64,000 bases of DNA from Chitinispirillales bacterium. Lineage in GTDB: Bacteria; Fibrobacterota; Chitinivibrionia; Chitinivibrionales; Chitinispirillaceae. Made by a program: the position numbers and the translations under genes. Below are positions 35,842-44,739 of this stretch, piece by piece (positions within the stretch are counted from its first letter, which is position 1; every line of letters starts with the position of its first letter). Under the pieces are notes generated by a model, which did not search any database, was not told the origin of the DNA, and was given only the letters and a program-made list of their open reading frames with translations. Where the stretch lies: assembly GCA_031281485.1 (NCBI GenBank), contig JAITFI010000101.1, forward strand, positions 2,373-66,372, read 5' to 3'.

Positions 35842-35941
35842 TAGTTGATGTACGCATTGGGGGGCGCAGGCTTCTTAAACACTTTTCAGTAAAAGGATCG
35901 GGGGATACTTTTACTGCCATTTAATAGTAAGGGGAAAGAAA

Positions 35942-36367
35942 ATGAAAGATATTCTTACGGTAGTATCAGGTCTTATCGGCGGCTTCTTTGGCTATCTCTT
36001 CGGCGCTTGGGATAAGTTCTTAGAAGCCTTATTAATCTTTATGATTTTAGACTACGTTTCAGGCTTCATAACAGCCGCGTTTTTCGGCAACAGCCCTAAA
36101 TCTGTTTCGGGTAAATTATTAAGCAGCGCGATGTTCAAAGGGCTTTGTAAAAAATGTATGATTTTAATATTCGTGATAATCGGTTACAAATTAGACGCGC
36201 TTTTAGATACGAATTATGTCAAGTCAATGGTGGTCTTTGCGTTTATAATCAACGAACTGCTAAGTATAATAGAAAACGCCGGGCGTATGGGCGTTCCTAT
36301 ACCTGACGTTCTTAAAAGGGCGATAGAAACGTTAAATCATTCACAAAATACGGATAAGGAGGAATAA
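35942..36367 (+). CDS. Holin (phage holin family 4-like)
   Basis: 141 aa with several TM helices. FMILDYVSGFITA and NELLSIIENAGRMGVPIP motifs. Confidence 0.75.
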   Translation: MKDILTVVSGLIGGFFGYLFGAWDKFLEALLIFMILDYVSGFITAAFFGNSPKSVSGKLLSSAMFKGLCKKCMILIFVIIGYKLDALLDTNYVKSMVVFAFIINELLSIIENAGRMGVPIPDVLKRAIETLNHSQNTDKEE

Positions 36368-36368
36368 T

Positions 36369-36869
36369 ATGGCTTGGATAACCCCTAGAACTGATTGGAT
36401 GCCTGGGGACGGTTTCATGGCGAGAGACCTCAATAGGATTGAAGGCAATATTGCAACGTTGCCGAGAATATACCATTTAAACGGGGGAAGTAACTTTTTA
36501 TTGTTACTTGACGCTAACAGTCAAATAGGAATAATAAGCGCAAGGCAACTTGCGTATGATGTGAGGGACTATATGGGCGGTACAGCGCCTCTTGTTGGCA
36601 CATTGTGGCTACGTGTGCGTCCTGTGAACCGCAGTACGCCTGAAAGCTATCAGAATCCCACCCCGCCTATATTTGGCAGTCCCCTTGTCGAGACGTCGTT
36701 GGCCACTATAGGTGCGCCGATGAAGCGGGATCTCGACGATCCGCTTGTGGTGGCCACCGCTCCGGTTACGGGACTGTACATGGTATCGATCTATGATGCC
36801 AACACCAGTCGCACGTTTGACTTTGCGATGGCCGATGTAGATATATTGGTGGTGCCTCCAAATGCCTAA
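36369..36869 (+). CDS. Hypothetical protein
   Basis: 166 aa, AAGGAGG SD. Confidence 0.5.
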   Translation: MAWITPRTDWMPGDGFMARDLNRIEGNIATLPRIYHLNGGSNFLLLLDANSQIGIISARQLAYDVRDYMGGTAPLVGTLWLRVRPVNRSTPESYQNPTPPIFGSPLVETSLATIGAPMKRDLDDPLVVATAPVTGLYMVSIYDANTSRTFDFAMADVDILVVPPNA

Positions 36870-37254
36870 CCGCCCCTTATCCCCGTGCCGAAAGCAGGGC
36901 TGTTCTAACCTTGTTCCTCAAGGCGGCACGGGGTATTGCCCCACTCATGCGCACGTCGCGAAAGCCGACGTAAGGGAAGGCTTTTCTGCGTTAGACCGAA
37001 AGAAAACGCCTGAGCAGAAAGCGTTCTATTCTTCCACGCGGTGGACGGAGACGTCGCTGAAACACAGACAGCTTGAGCCGCTGTGCAGACGGTGCAAGGC
37101 GAAAGGGCGTGTAGTAGCCGCAGAAATGGTGCACCATAACCCGCCCGTAGATGTCTTGTTGCGGGAGGGTAAAAGTCCGTTCGATCATCAATATTTAGAA
37201 AGTCTTTGCAACGACTGCCACTTGGGAGAATTGAGATTAAAACGAAGGTATTAG
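36862..37254 (+). CDS. HNH endonuclease (phage packaging-associated type)
   Basis: 130 aa. CRRCKAKGRVVAAEMVHHNPP and SLCNDCH zinc/HNH motifs. Confidence 0.75.
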   Translation: MPNRPLSPCRKQGCSNLVPQGGTGYCPTHAHVAKADVREGFSALDRKKTPEQKAFYSSTRWTETSLKHRQLEPLCRRCKAKGRVVAAEMVHHNPPVDVLLREGKSPFDHQYLESLCNDCHLGELRLKRRY

Positions 37255-37685
37255 TCTGCGATGTCGGAGTCCTGAAACGCGAAACCGCCGTCGTCATCTA
37301 AGTAAACTTCCCGTAACTTACCCGTCTTTGACGCGGAGTCGAATCCTATTATCCATATCCCCGCCCCTGAACGCAGCCAAGTCTTAGCTTTGGCGGGGAC
37401 GGGGTTATATTCGTCTTCATGCGTCACGGCGTCTTTTATTATCCCTTTTGTAATCTTGTTATAACGGCTAGAAATATTCGACTTACCCGTAATTTGCAGT
37501 CCGAGAATTTTATTCTTATCTGCGTCGGGGTTGAGACAAATGGCGTCGACAAATCCGCAGAAATCGTTCTTACGCCCTGAGAAAGCGTTGTAGTGTTCCA
37601 CAATCTCCGTCATGTAGTCGAGGGAGTCCATATACTCCTTCGCCCGTTTGTTGAAATTCGGCTTCTTTTTTACGGGTTTACTCAT
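37251..37685 (-). CDS. Hypothetical protein
   Basis: 144 aa, last gene of the minus-strand terminase block. FVDAICL...LGLQITGK hints at a nuclease-like fold, but the hint is weak. Confidence 0.45.
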   Translation of the reverse strand: MSKPVKKKPNFNKRAKEYMDSLDYMTEIVEHYNAFSGRKNDFCGFVDAICLNPDADKNKILGLQITGKSNISSRYNKITKGIIKDAVTHEDEYNPVPAKAKTWLRSGAGIWIIGFDSASKTGKLREVYLDDDGGFAFQDSDIAD

Positions 37686-37894
37686 CTCAACCTCCCAAAT
37701 ATTTGTTTCAGAGTTCTGCCGCCAGTTACCTTGCGGACGTCGTCGTCCGTCAGTTCCCGCATCGAGTCGAAGATAGACTTGTTCGGGTCGGTAACTCTCT
37801 GCCGATTGCCGCCGTGCGGTCTCTCTGCAAGATAATTTTTATAAGACTCTACGGTGAACGGCGGCTGATTAGGATTAGCGTTTTTCTCTATCAT
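37682..37894 (-). CDS. Hypothetical protein
   Basis: 70-aa ORF with a 4-nt overlap with the downstream gene. Confidence 0.4.
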   Translation of the reverse strand: MIEKNANPNQPPFTVESYKNYLAERPHGGNRQRVTDPNKSIFDSMRELTDDDVRKVTGGRTLKQIFGRLR

Positions 37895-37907
37895 AGCGAT
37901 TTTAGCC

Positions 37908-39710
37908 TCATATAAACGTAACTCCCCAGTTTACGGTCTCTTTCTTTTTGGCGTTAGGGTCGAACGTCATAGCCCGTGTAAAGGCGGTAATGGAGGCCGC
38001 TACAGGGTCTATTCGTTGTCTCGCTTTCTGCTTGTCGAGCATAATATTGTCGTTATGGTCTCCACGGGTCACGCAGTTGCCGACCGCCCATGACAGCAGC
38101 GGGTTCCCGTCATGGAACAACCTCTCGGCGTATACGGCCTCTCGGAAGCCTTTCGTAGGTTCTCCCAAGGTCTTCAGCCCCTGCCTGATCTCCACCACCG
38201 TCTTGCCCTCGTTTTGGAGTTCCGTAGCGATAGAAGACGCTCCCCAAGGGTCAAGGCAATACTCTATCACGTCCCATCCGTTTGCGATTATGGTGTCGGA
38301 GATGTCTTTCAATACGTAGTTGTAATCTATTACGGCTCCGTCTGTAACCGCCAAGTGTCCGTGTTTCTCCCAAACGTCGTATGGCACTTTGTCCACGTGT
38401 ATTTTCTCGGCGAACATTGAACGCGGCAGGTAAGCCTTCGTTATCACGGCATAAGACGTAGTCTTACATCCCTCTTCGATCCACGGAAAGACGAACGAGA
38501 CAGCTGTCAGGTCGATCTTAGCGGACAAGTCGAAGCCCACGTAACACCGCCCCTTGGCTTTGTCCTTAATCATCTCTTGCAGGGTATCAGGAGAGACTTT
38601 CACAGCGTCCCAGCGGGTCATATCCATGTAACCTGACGGACGGGATTGTATCCATACGTTAAAAATCTTAGTAATGAGATCTCTGTACTTATCTTCGCTA
38701 TTTTTGGCTTTATTTACTGATTCCATGATATTCGCCTTTGCTTCGGGGCTATCCCACGTTACTGGATTTGTCTTCCTGATACTATCATCAGAGCCGAGTT
38801 CATCAATTATACCCCCTGGTTCTATCACCCGTCCGTCCACGACTATGACATCGTTGCCGTCGTTCCTGTCCAGCTCGCAGACGATAGCGAAATAGCGGTC
38901 GTCGGTCGTGGGGTCGTTCGGATTCAGTATACGGCTGACAAGGTCGTATTCGACGCGGTAGCAGGGATTATTCAGGTCGAATCCTGCCGTAGTGATAATA
39001 GACAACAGCGGGTTCTTACGAGAACCGAAGCCTGATTGCAACACGTCGTAGTATTCTGTTGTCTCGTGTAGGTGGTACTCGTCCAACACGACGAAATGAG
39101 GATTTGAGCCGTCCCCCGTCTTTTTATCGTCCTTTGAGAGCCTAGAAAAAGTAGACCCTGACTTAACATGTTTAATTGTCTTCTGTTGTTTTTCGTCGTC
39201 ATGTTTGCATACGAATTTCTGCTTCATAGCCGGATCAGTAGAGTTATTGAACAACCATTCCGCTTCCGAGTACACGTAGGCGCATTGGGCTTTCTTGGTA
39301 GCGGCAATGTATGCTTCTGCAGCAGGCTCTCCGAACGCTGAAATCTCGTACAACGCCTGAATCGCTTTGTCTTGGGACTTGGCTTGCTTACGCGCTAGTT
39401 GTTCATAGCTGGTTCTGAACCGCCGTATAGTCTTATCCTTTGACCACCAGCCATAAAGATTTCCGTAGACAAATTTTTCGTAATCGCACGGTTCTTTCCT
39501 TTGACCTGCAAGAGCGCCTTTACGATGACGGAACAGCCTCATCCAACGCATATACCGCTCGGCCTGTTCCTCTACAAACGTCCACTCCCAGTCATCCCGC
39601 TTAAGGTCGTTAAGGAACCGCAAGCAAGCCCACCTGTGCTTTTTGCAGGCCACTATTTTGCCGTCTATGACATCTTGCGAGTAATCGGTCATGTCTTGAA
39701 GAATGCCCAT
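37908..39710 (-). CDS. terL: Terminase large subunit
   Basis: 600 aa from MGILQDMTDY with AGGGGTG SD. ATPase and nuclease halves are typical of Terminase_1-type TerL. It starts 16 nt after the terS stop. Confidence 0.85.
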   Translation of the reverse strand: MGILQDMTDYSQDVIDGKIVACKKHRWACLRFLNDLKRDDWEWTFVEEQAERYMRWMRLFRHRKGALAGQRKEPCDYEKFVYGNLYGWWSKDKTIRRFRTSYEQLARKQAKSQDKAIQALYEISAFGEPAAEAYIAATKKAQCAYVYSEAEWLFNNSTDPAMKQKFVCKHDDEKQQKTIKHVKSGSTFSRLSKDDKKTGDGSNPHFVVLDEYHLHETTEYYDVLQSGFGSRKNPLLSIITTAGFDLNNPCYRVEYDLVSRILNPNDPTTDDRYFAIVCELDRNDGNDVIVVDGRVIEPGGIIDELGSDDSIRKTNPVTWDSPEAKANIMESVNKAKNSEDKYRDLITKIFNVWIQSRPSGYMDMTRWDAVKVSPDTLQEMIKDKAKGRCYVGFDLSAKIDLTAVSFVFPWIEEGCKTTSYAVITKAYLPRSMFAEKIHVDKVPYDVWEKHGHLAVTDGAVIDYNYVLKDISDTIIANGWDVIEYCLDPWGASSIATELQNEGKTVVEIRQGLKTLGEPTKGFREAVYAERLFHDGNPLLSWAVGNCVTRGDHNDNIMLDKQKARQRIDPVAASITAFTRAMTFDPNAKKKETVNWGVTFI

Positions 39711-39726
39711 GTTTTTCACCCCTAGA

Positions 39727-40191
39727 TTAAATGTCGAATCCTGATTTTTCGAGTTCCCCCTGCTCGACGACCTTGGGGGCCGGAGGCAGTCCTCTTTTAC
39801 GGACAAGCGGATTCAGGAAGAGCTTCTCGCCCAAGGTAGCTATCAGGCGTACCTTGGAATCTATCTTACTGTGGATGACGAGCCTGTCTACGGGGTTGGG
39901 AACGACAGGATCCTCGGTCAAGAGCCGTCTCAGGTCGGCCACGTCGGAGTACAAGAGGCAGAGCTGGGCGATGATCTCGCCGTCCGCAGAGGTTATGTAA
40001 TCCGTACCCTTGTATATCTTTGCGAGGGCAGCCCACTTCTCCTTCGCTATCGGGTCGGCTTCCACTTCGGGCGGCATCGCGATTCGGGATGTGCCGAGTA
40101 TTATAGGGACGGTGGTTCGCTCGGCTATACGCTTCTTAGACATACGGTTCTTGGCTAGCTGATTCTCTATGCACGTCGTTTTGACACCCAT
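39727..40191 (-). CDS. terS: Terminase small subunit (P27-like)
   Basis: 154 aa, AAGGAGG SD. PPEVEADPIAKEKWAAL...DGEIIAQLCLLYSDVADL pattern of P27-family small terminases. Confidence 0.7.
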   Translation of the reverse strand: MGVKTTCIENQLAKNRMSKKRIAERTTVPIILGTSRIAMPPEVEADPIAKEKWAALAKIYKGTDYITSADGEIIAQLCLLYSDVADLRRLLTEDPVVPNPVDRLVIHSKIDSKVRLIATLGEKLFLNPLVRKRGLPPAPKVVEQGELEKSGFDI

Positions 40192-40386
40192 ACTGCCTCC
40201 TTGGGGCTGATTTTTAGGGTTGAAAGGTTCTCCTTAGTAATATACCTAGACGAGGGCTATGAATCAAGCTGGTCGGCTTTTGGACGCAGAGTGGGGTATC
40301 CGTGGTGACTCTTTTATATTGATTTTGGAAACGACGGGCGGTAGGATACTGCCCGTATATACAAATTCACTTCATAGGAGGTTGGT

Positions 40387-40689
40387 ATGCAGAACAGCGG
40401 CGACAGCAACACCAAAGGCGACAGCGACACCCAAGACGACGTCAACACCAAAGGCGATATAGACGAGGTGTTGGATGAGGCTTTGGACAGCGATTTCCGC
40501 TCGGTTTTCGAGCCGAACATGGAAGACTTGTGCAGGGCGGTGTTTTTGCTCGTGAAGATGCGGTTTAAGATGAAAGCATTGGATTTGCTCGCAAAAGAAG
40601 AGGATCTCGACCTTAACACGGCTTTCGGGGTAATCGCAGGGCATTTGGAAGCCGCCTACCCAGGGTTCAAGAAGGCGCTTATGGGATAG
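40387..40689 (+). CDS. Hypothetical acidic protein
   Basis: 100 aa, AGGAGG SD. Confidence 0.5.
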   Translation: MQNSGDSNTKGDSDTQDDVNTKGDIDEVLDEALDSDFRSVFEPNMEDLCRAVFLLVKMRFKMKALDLLAKEEDLDLNTAFGVIAGHLEAAYPGFKKALMG

Positions 40690-40916
40690 GACGGATCAGG
40701 TGGGTTGTAGGCTTCGCCGTGCAAGGAGGCCTCCCCCGCCATGCGCCCGATGACTACGCCCGACGGCCCCCGACGCCGTCAAAACGCGGCTTTCGGGGGA
40801 TTCGGGCGAATTTTGGGGGAGTTCGGGCAGGAAACGGGGTCGGCAGGTACAATATCTTGGGGTACTATGACCCGCAACACAATATATTGCGGTCGCCGAA
40901 AAACAGCAAAAAATCA

Positions 40917-40945
40917 TTGACATTATCCACTCGCGGATAATATAT
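40917..40945 (+). promoter_or_regulatory. Sigma70-like promoter candidate
   Basis: TTGACA, then a 15-17 nt spacer, then TAATAT/ATATAT. It lies upstream of a 200-bp GC-rich untranslated stretch that ends in the poly-C tract. Confidence 0.35.
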
Positions 40946-41136
40946 ATTAATGTTTACGCTGTTTAACTCGGTATGATATGCCCCTTACGGGGTCAAAAAC
41001 GCGGTTTTCGGGGGGAAGGGTTAGGATTATGCGGCCATTCGCGGCGATTTCGACGAGTTCTGCGCCTGCGGCGGACGTCTCGGACGCCCGTCGGGGTCTC
41101 GCCGCGTCTTTCTCCGCAGAGTACCCTAACCTAGTG

Positions 41137-41155
41137 CCCCCCCCCCCCCCCCCCC
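41137..41155. repeat. Homopolymeric C19 tract
   Basis: 19 consecutive C counted in the sequence, 116 nt upstream of the 41272 GTG start. The paralogous locus carries C12 at 45453-45464. Confidence 0.95.
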
Positions 41156-41271
41156 TGTTTTAAATGCTTTCGTAGGGGGCTGTATGTCCCCTAAATCAAC
41201 TGTAAACCATCATAGACGGGGAGACAATCCTGACTCCCTGACCATATCCATATCTACAGAAAGGTTCTAAG

Positions 41272-42399
41272 GTGAAAAGACTAACGTTTTTTCTTATTAC
41301 CATGTTTTTTGTTGCAATACCCGTTGCAGGTGCTAAGTACGTAGCGGTAGTGGAAACGGATGTAGACGCTTCATCAGGCGCGTCAGCAGATTTGAACTCA
41401 GCCGAAGTTAGAGAGATAACTGCTGAACTACGTAGACAGGCTACAGAAAATCTACCACGTAGTCAGTACAATGTTATGACTTCGGAAACGGTTCAATCTA
41501 TGGGCGGTGCGGTGTTGGAAGAATGCGCTGAGGAAAATTGCGTAATTGCTTTGGGATCAAAGATAGGCGCAGATTATATTGTCAGGGGAATTATAAGCAA
41601 GTTTCAAACGAAGCTCACTTTAGCAATAGAATTATATGAAACAGAAAACGGAACTTTGGTAGTTTCCTCTGAGGCTATACGTTCCGAAAGTCTAAGTGAC
41701 CTTTTAGATAAGGCTACAGTGGCTTCTGCTAATATGTACAAGAAATTTGCGGAGATACAAGGTTCTACACAAAAGTCTAAAACAAAAGAGCCTACAGAAC
41801 ACCCGCCTATAAAATGGAGCGTTGGCGGCGGCTTATTCCTTGCAAACGGATTTGGCGGCGGTATAAAATGGCCAAGCGGTGAAGCGGTAGCAATGCCCTA
41901 TTTAGGCGGCGGTCTCTACCTGTTTCTTGACGCTGTATATGCTGAGGTCTTTGCAGGGTACTCTATGGGTAGCGGAACTTGGGAAAGTTTAGCCGCGCCA
42001 AGTAATGAAATTATACCTGATATGAAAAGTTCATATCTAAATATTTGTGTGTTGGCAAAATACCCGTTTACTTTTGGAAAGATAAAAATGTTTCCGCTGT
42101 TAGGGATAGATTACGAAGCGTCATTGTCAGGCAAACTGGAATATACAACAAAAGTTTACGAGTTTGACGGTACGGGAGGCCACCCTGCTAATGGTGATTT
42201 GAGTAGTTTTTGGGTGAAGTTCGGAGGCGGTGCTGAGTTTGATATAAGCGAGAGCCTATATATACGTGGTGAATTGTTGTATGGGGTACGGACGGCGAAT
42301 GATTTTGAAAAGAACGGGGCTATTTTCAATAGCAAAAACGGTACGCCTATGACGGGGCAGAGCGTTTCTTTACGTGCGGGTGTGGGCTTCAATTTCTAA
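41272..42399 (+). CDS. Secreted two-domain protein: LpoB/CsgG-like N-domain + outer-membrane beta-barrel-like C-domain
   Basis: 375 aa, GTG start with GAAAGG SD. Signal peptide ..VAGA/KY, GADYIVRG motif. The C-terminal half is Gly/aromatic-rich and ends in GFNF, like OMPs. Confidence 0.65.
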   Translation: MKRLTFFLITMFFVAIPVAGAKYVAVVETDVDASSGASADLNSAEVREITAELRRQATENLPRSQYNVMTSETVQSMGGAVLEECAEENCVIALGSKIGADYIVRGIISKFQTKLTLAIELYETENGTLVVSSEAIRSESLSDLLDKATVASANMYKKFAEIQGSTQKSKTKEPTEHPPIKWSVGGGLFLANGFGGGIKWPSGEAVAMPYLGGGLYLFLDAVYAEVFAGYSMGSGTWESLAAPSNEIIPDMKSSYLNICVLAKYPFTFGKIKMFPLLGIDYEASLSGKLEYTTKVYEFDGTGGHPANGDLSSFWVKFGGGAEFDISESLYIRGELLYGVRTANDFEKNGAIFNSKNGTPMTGQSVSLRAGVGFNF

Positions 42400-42428
42400 A
42401 AACAATCTTAAATTAAAAAGGGGCGGTT

Positions 42429-43043
42429 ATGAAAAAGATATATTTGGGTGTAATAGGCCTTGTTTCTGTTGTGTTTCTTTTTGTGTGGTGTAATGACAGC
42501 GGGATTCAAAAAGGGGACGGCGAAGCCATTGATTTTCTTAATAGTTTTATTACTAATACGCCCAATAATGGCGGTGGTGATAACGGTGGTGGTGGTAATA
42601 CAATGCCAAGCCACGTTCACGATTGGGGCAATTGGGTAGTAACAACTCCGGCAACATGCGAGGCAACTGGGATTGAAACTAGAACTTGCACGTTAGGCGA
42701 TACCTCCGAAACAAAAACGATACCTAAATTATCCGAAGATGAATGCGACCCTTTTGGAGGCGATTGGAAAATTGTTGAGAGTTCATGCGCTAATAATAAA
42801 ATTCAGGTCTTGTCTTTAAACGGTAATGGTGCTGCTGTGCTTACGTCCATTGACGGGGAAACTGTGAATGGAAGTTGGAGTGCGGCTGGATATACGTTTA
42901 GTTTGTATGTGAGCTGTGATTATTTTAACGAAGTAAACCCTTGTTGGCAGTGCGCTAATAATACCGTTGAGTTCACCTTTCAATTAACCGGTTCTGGTAA
43001 CAACAGAAGACTAACGCTGAACGGGGATACATGGAAAAGATGA
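42429..43043 (+). CDS. Lipoprotein, Cys-rich
   Basis: 204 aa. Lipobox LFVWC, Gly/Asn linker. Confidence 0.6.
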   Translation: MKKIYLGVIGLVSVVFLFVWCNDSGIQKGDGEAIDFLNSFITNTPNNGGGDNGGGGNTMPSHVHDWGNWVVTTPATCEATGIETRTCTLGDTSETKTIPKLSEDECDPFGGDWKIVESSCANNKIQVLSLNGNGAAVLTSIDGETVNGSWSAAGYTFSLYVSCDYFNEVNPCWQCANNTVEFTFQLTGSGNNRRLTLNGDTWKR

Positions 43044-43277
43044 AGGAGATTACTGTGTTGACATGAACAACAGTGGTATTCTGTGCGTTGTGTTGAGGGA
43101 AATGTGCGCTAGTTCGGCGCGTGTAATATAGCGTGGCGAGTGCGCAAGGTAGTTGTCCGTTGGCGGGTTGATGGGGCGACGTACTCTATTCGTGATGGTG
43201 TATTATAGTCAACGTAACCGTCGCAAGGCGGTTACGCTAATAATAACAAGTAACTTTTATTAAAAGGAGCGGTAACA

Positions 43278-43601
43278 ATGGGATTGCTAGATATGTTACG
43301 TGTAAGTAATAGTAATAGCTATCTAATAAAGGTTCATAATATGGAGGGTACTGGAGAAGATGAGCCTCCTGCGGGGAAACGCTCATGGAAAGCGTGGTGG
43401 AAAGATAAACGTGAACAGACTTTCGGAAAGTGTTCGCGTTGGGATTGTGATGAGGCCGCTAAAGACGGTGCCCACGTTCAAATACATAATGGCGATAAAA
43501 CAGCCTATGTTGTACCTCTTTGTCATAATTGCAATATAGGCATACATCCGACCGTGTATTTTAGTGTTAAGAAAAAAGATCTTGAACGTATTGACCAATA
43601 A
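43278..43601 (+). CDS. Small Cys/His zinc-finger (HNH-like) protein
   Basis: 107 aa, AAGGAG SD. CSRWDCDEAAKDGAHV....VVPLCHNCN arrangement. Confidence 0.45.
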   Translation: MGLLDMLRVSNSNSYLIKVHNMEGTGEDEPPAGKRSWKAWWKDKREQTFGKCSRWDCDEAAKDGAHVQIHNGDKTAYVVPLCHNCNIGIHPTVYFSVKKKDLERIDQ

Positions 43602-43668
43602 CCATTGATCTTGCCATACCCCCTCAGCCTTGGGGTCAGTGAGGCTAGGTTGGTAGATCGGTGTATGA

Positions 43669-43850
43669 GTCAAAAGAGTGGCGGCTCAAACGCCGCCCCC
43701 ATGCCTTCACAGCCCGCTGAAACAGCCCCGTAGTAGCCTTCTATAGCCTGACCCCCCAAAAAAGTCCCAAAAGCCGTTGACAACCGTAATTTGACTATTA
43801 TGGCTCCGACCGAGACTGCCACGGATTCGGAGGCCATGCCTCCAAAACCC
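43669..43850. repeat. Structured intergenic repeat, copy A
   Basis: A hairpin plus a 69-bp core (43775-43843) that is 63/69 identical to 62760-62828. The core carries TTGACA..TATTAT and two overlapping hairpins. Confidence 0.8.
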
Positions 43851-44034
43851 CCAAAACAGCCCCGCTACGACGCTTTTTAGCCCTACCCTACCCCCTTTCC
43901 GACCCGTCCGTAAATGTGGTCTACGGACAAGATCTCAGGGCTTTGCCGCCCCTCAGAAAACAGGCATTATAGCCCTTTTTTAGTCAACCGAAATAAAGTG
44001 TGGAAGTATAGGCTGTACGGCGAAATTTTAAGGT

Positions 44035-44058
44035 TTTGTAGTGACATTTGTAGCTATA
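44035..44058. promoter_or_regulatory. Candidate integrase arm-type sites (right end)
   Basis: TTTGTAGTGACATTTGTAGCTATA, matching 11608-11634. Confidence 0.5.
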
Positions 44059-44172
44059 CATTTTTACTGCGTTTTCGGTCAAGTACCACCCTCTTAAAAA
44101 CGTTAAAAAATGACTTTTTTGGGCAAAACAGCCGTCCATAACGTATATTATTACTAAGTACGACGTGGGGTC

Positions 44173-44236
44173 GGACTGAAAATCCCTGTGTCCGCAGTTC
44201 GATTCTGCGAGGCGGCACCATCTTTGGGGAGGCTGA
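44173..44236. repeat. attR of prophage 1 (64-bp direct repeat, displaced tRNA-Phe 3' end)
   Basis: Identical to 11416-11479. Confidence 0.9.
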
Positions 44237-44237
44237 C

Positions 44238-44738
44238 ATGCCTATACAATTCAATATGAACACACAGAAAGCCATAGAATCCGTTTTGTGGATCATCCAA
44301 AACGGCGAGTCTAATATGTATAACATTTGGAAGATCCTCTTTTCCGCTGAAAAATATCACATTAATAAATATGGACGGCCAATAACCGGGGATCAGTATG
44401 TAGCTATGGAATATGGGACTGTGCCCAGTTGGTTGTACAATGCGGCCAAAATAGAGAAACCGGGGATAGGCTTTTTTAAACGAGAGAAATCCTTAGTTGC
44501 AGATCGCGAGCCAATGATGGACTACTTATCCATATCTGATGTAAAAGCTTTAAAACACGGCTTTGACGAATACGCAGGGTTAGATTTCAACTCAGTTAAG
44601 GAAAAAAATCACAGAGAGCCGGCTTGGCAAAAGAATTATGTCGGTAATAGTAGCGCACCAATACCTTTTGAAGATATTATCGAGGAAGAATGGCTGAAAG
44701 AAGACTTGGCTTTGGTGTCTAACTATATGGTGGTATAA
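44238..44738 (+). CDS. Panacea/SocA-like (DUF4065) antitoxin-domain protein
   Basis: 166 aa. KILFSAEKYHINKYGRPITGDQYVAMEYGTVPSWLY follows the SocA/Panacea pattern. The SD GGGGAGG lies inside the att repeat. Confidence 0.65.
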   Translation: MPIQFNMNTQKAIESVLWIIQNGESNMYNIWKILFSAEKYHINKYGRPITGDQYVAMEYGTVPSWLYNAAKIEKPGIGFFKREKSLVADREPMMDYLSISDVKALKHGFDEYAGLDFNSVKEKNHREPAWQKNYVGNSSAPIPFEDIIEEEWLKEDLALVSNYMVV

Positions 44739-44739
44739 T

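Larger units (their letters stand above)
11416..44236. mobile_element. Prophage 1: ~32.8-kb HK97-like siphovirus integrated into tRNA-Phe
   Basis: 64-bp att repeats, adjacent tyrosine integrase and xis, antirepressor, portal/protease/HK97 capsid, tail genes with tape measure, holin, endolysin, HNH, terS/terL. Confidence 0.9.

Noticed and set aside
40978-41163. ORFs 40978-41163 and 45332-45670 that read into the poly-C tracts
   Set aside because: The two are unrelated to each other upstream of the tract, while the DNA downstream is conserved. Each ends in poly-Pro merely from translating the C run. No SD. The regions are treated as leaders.
43830-43880. Mini-ORF MPPKPPKQPRYDAF behind the GGAGG of repeat copy A
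   Set aside because: The SD-to-ATG spacing is only 2 nt, and the peptide is not conserved in copy B. The GGAGG is better explained as a hairpin arm.
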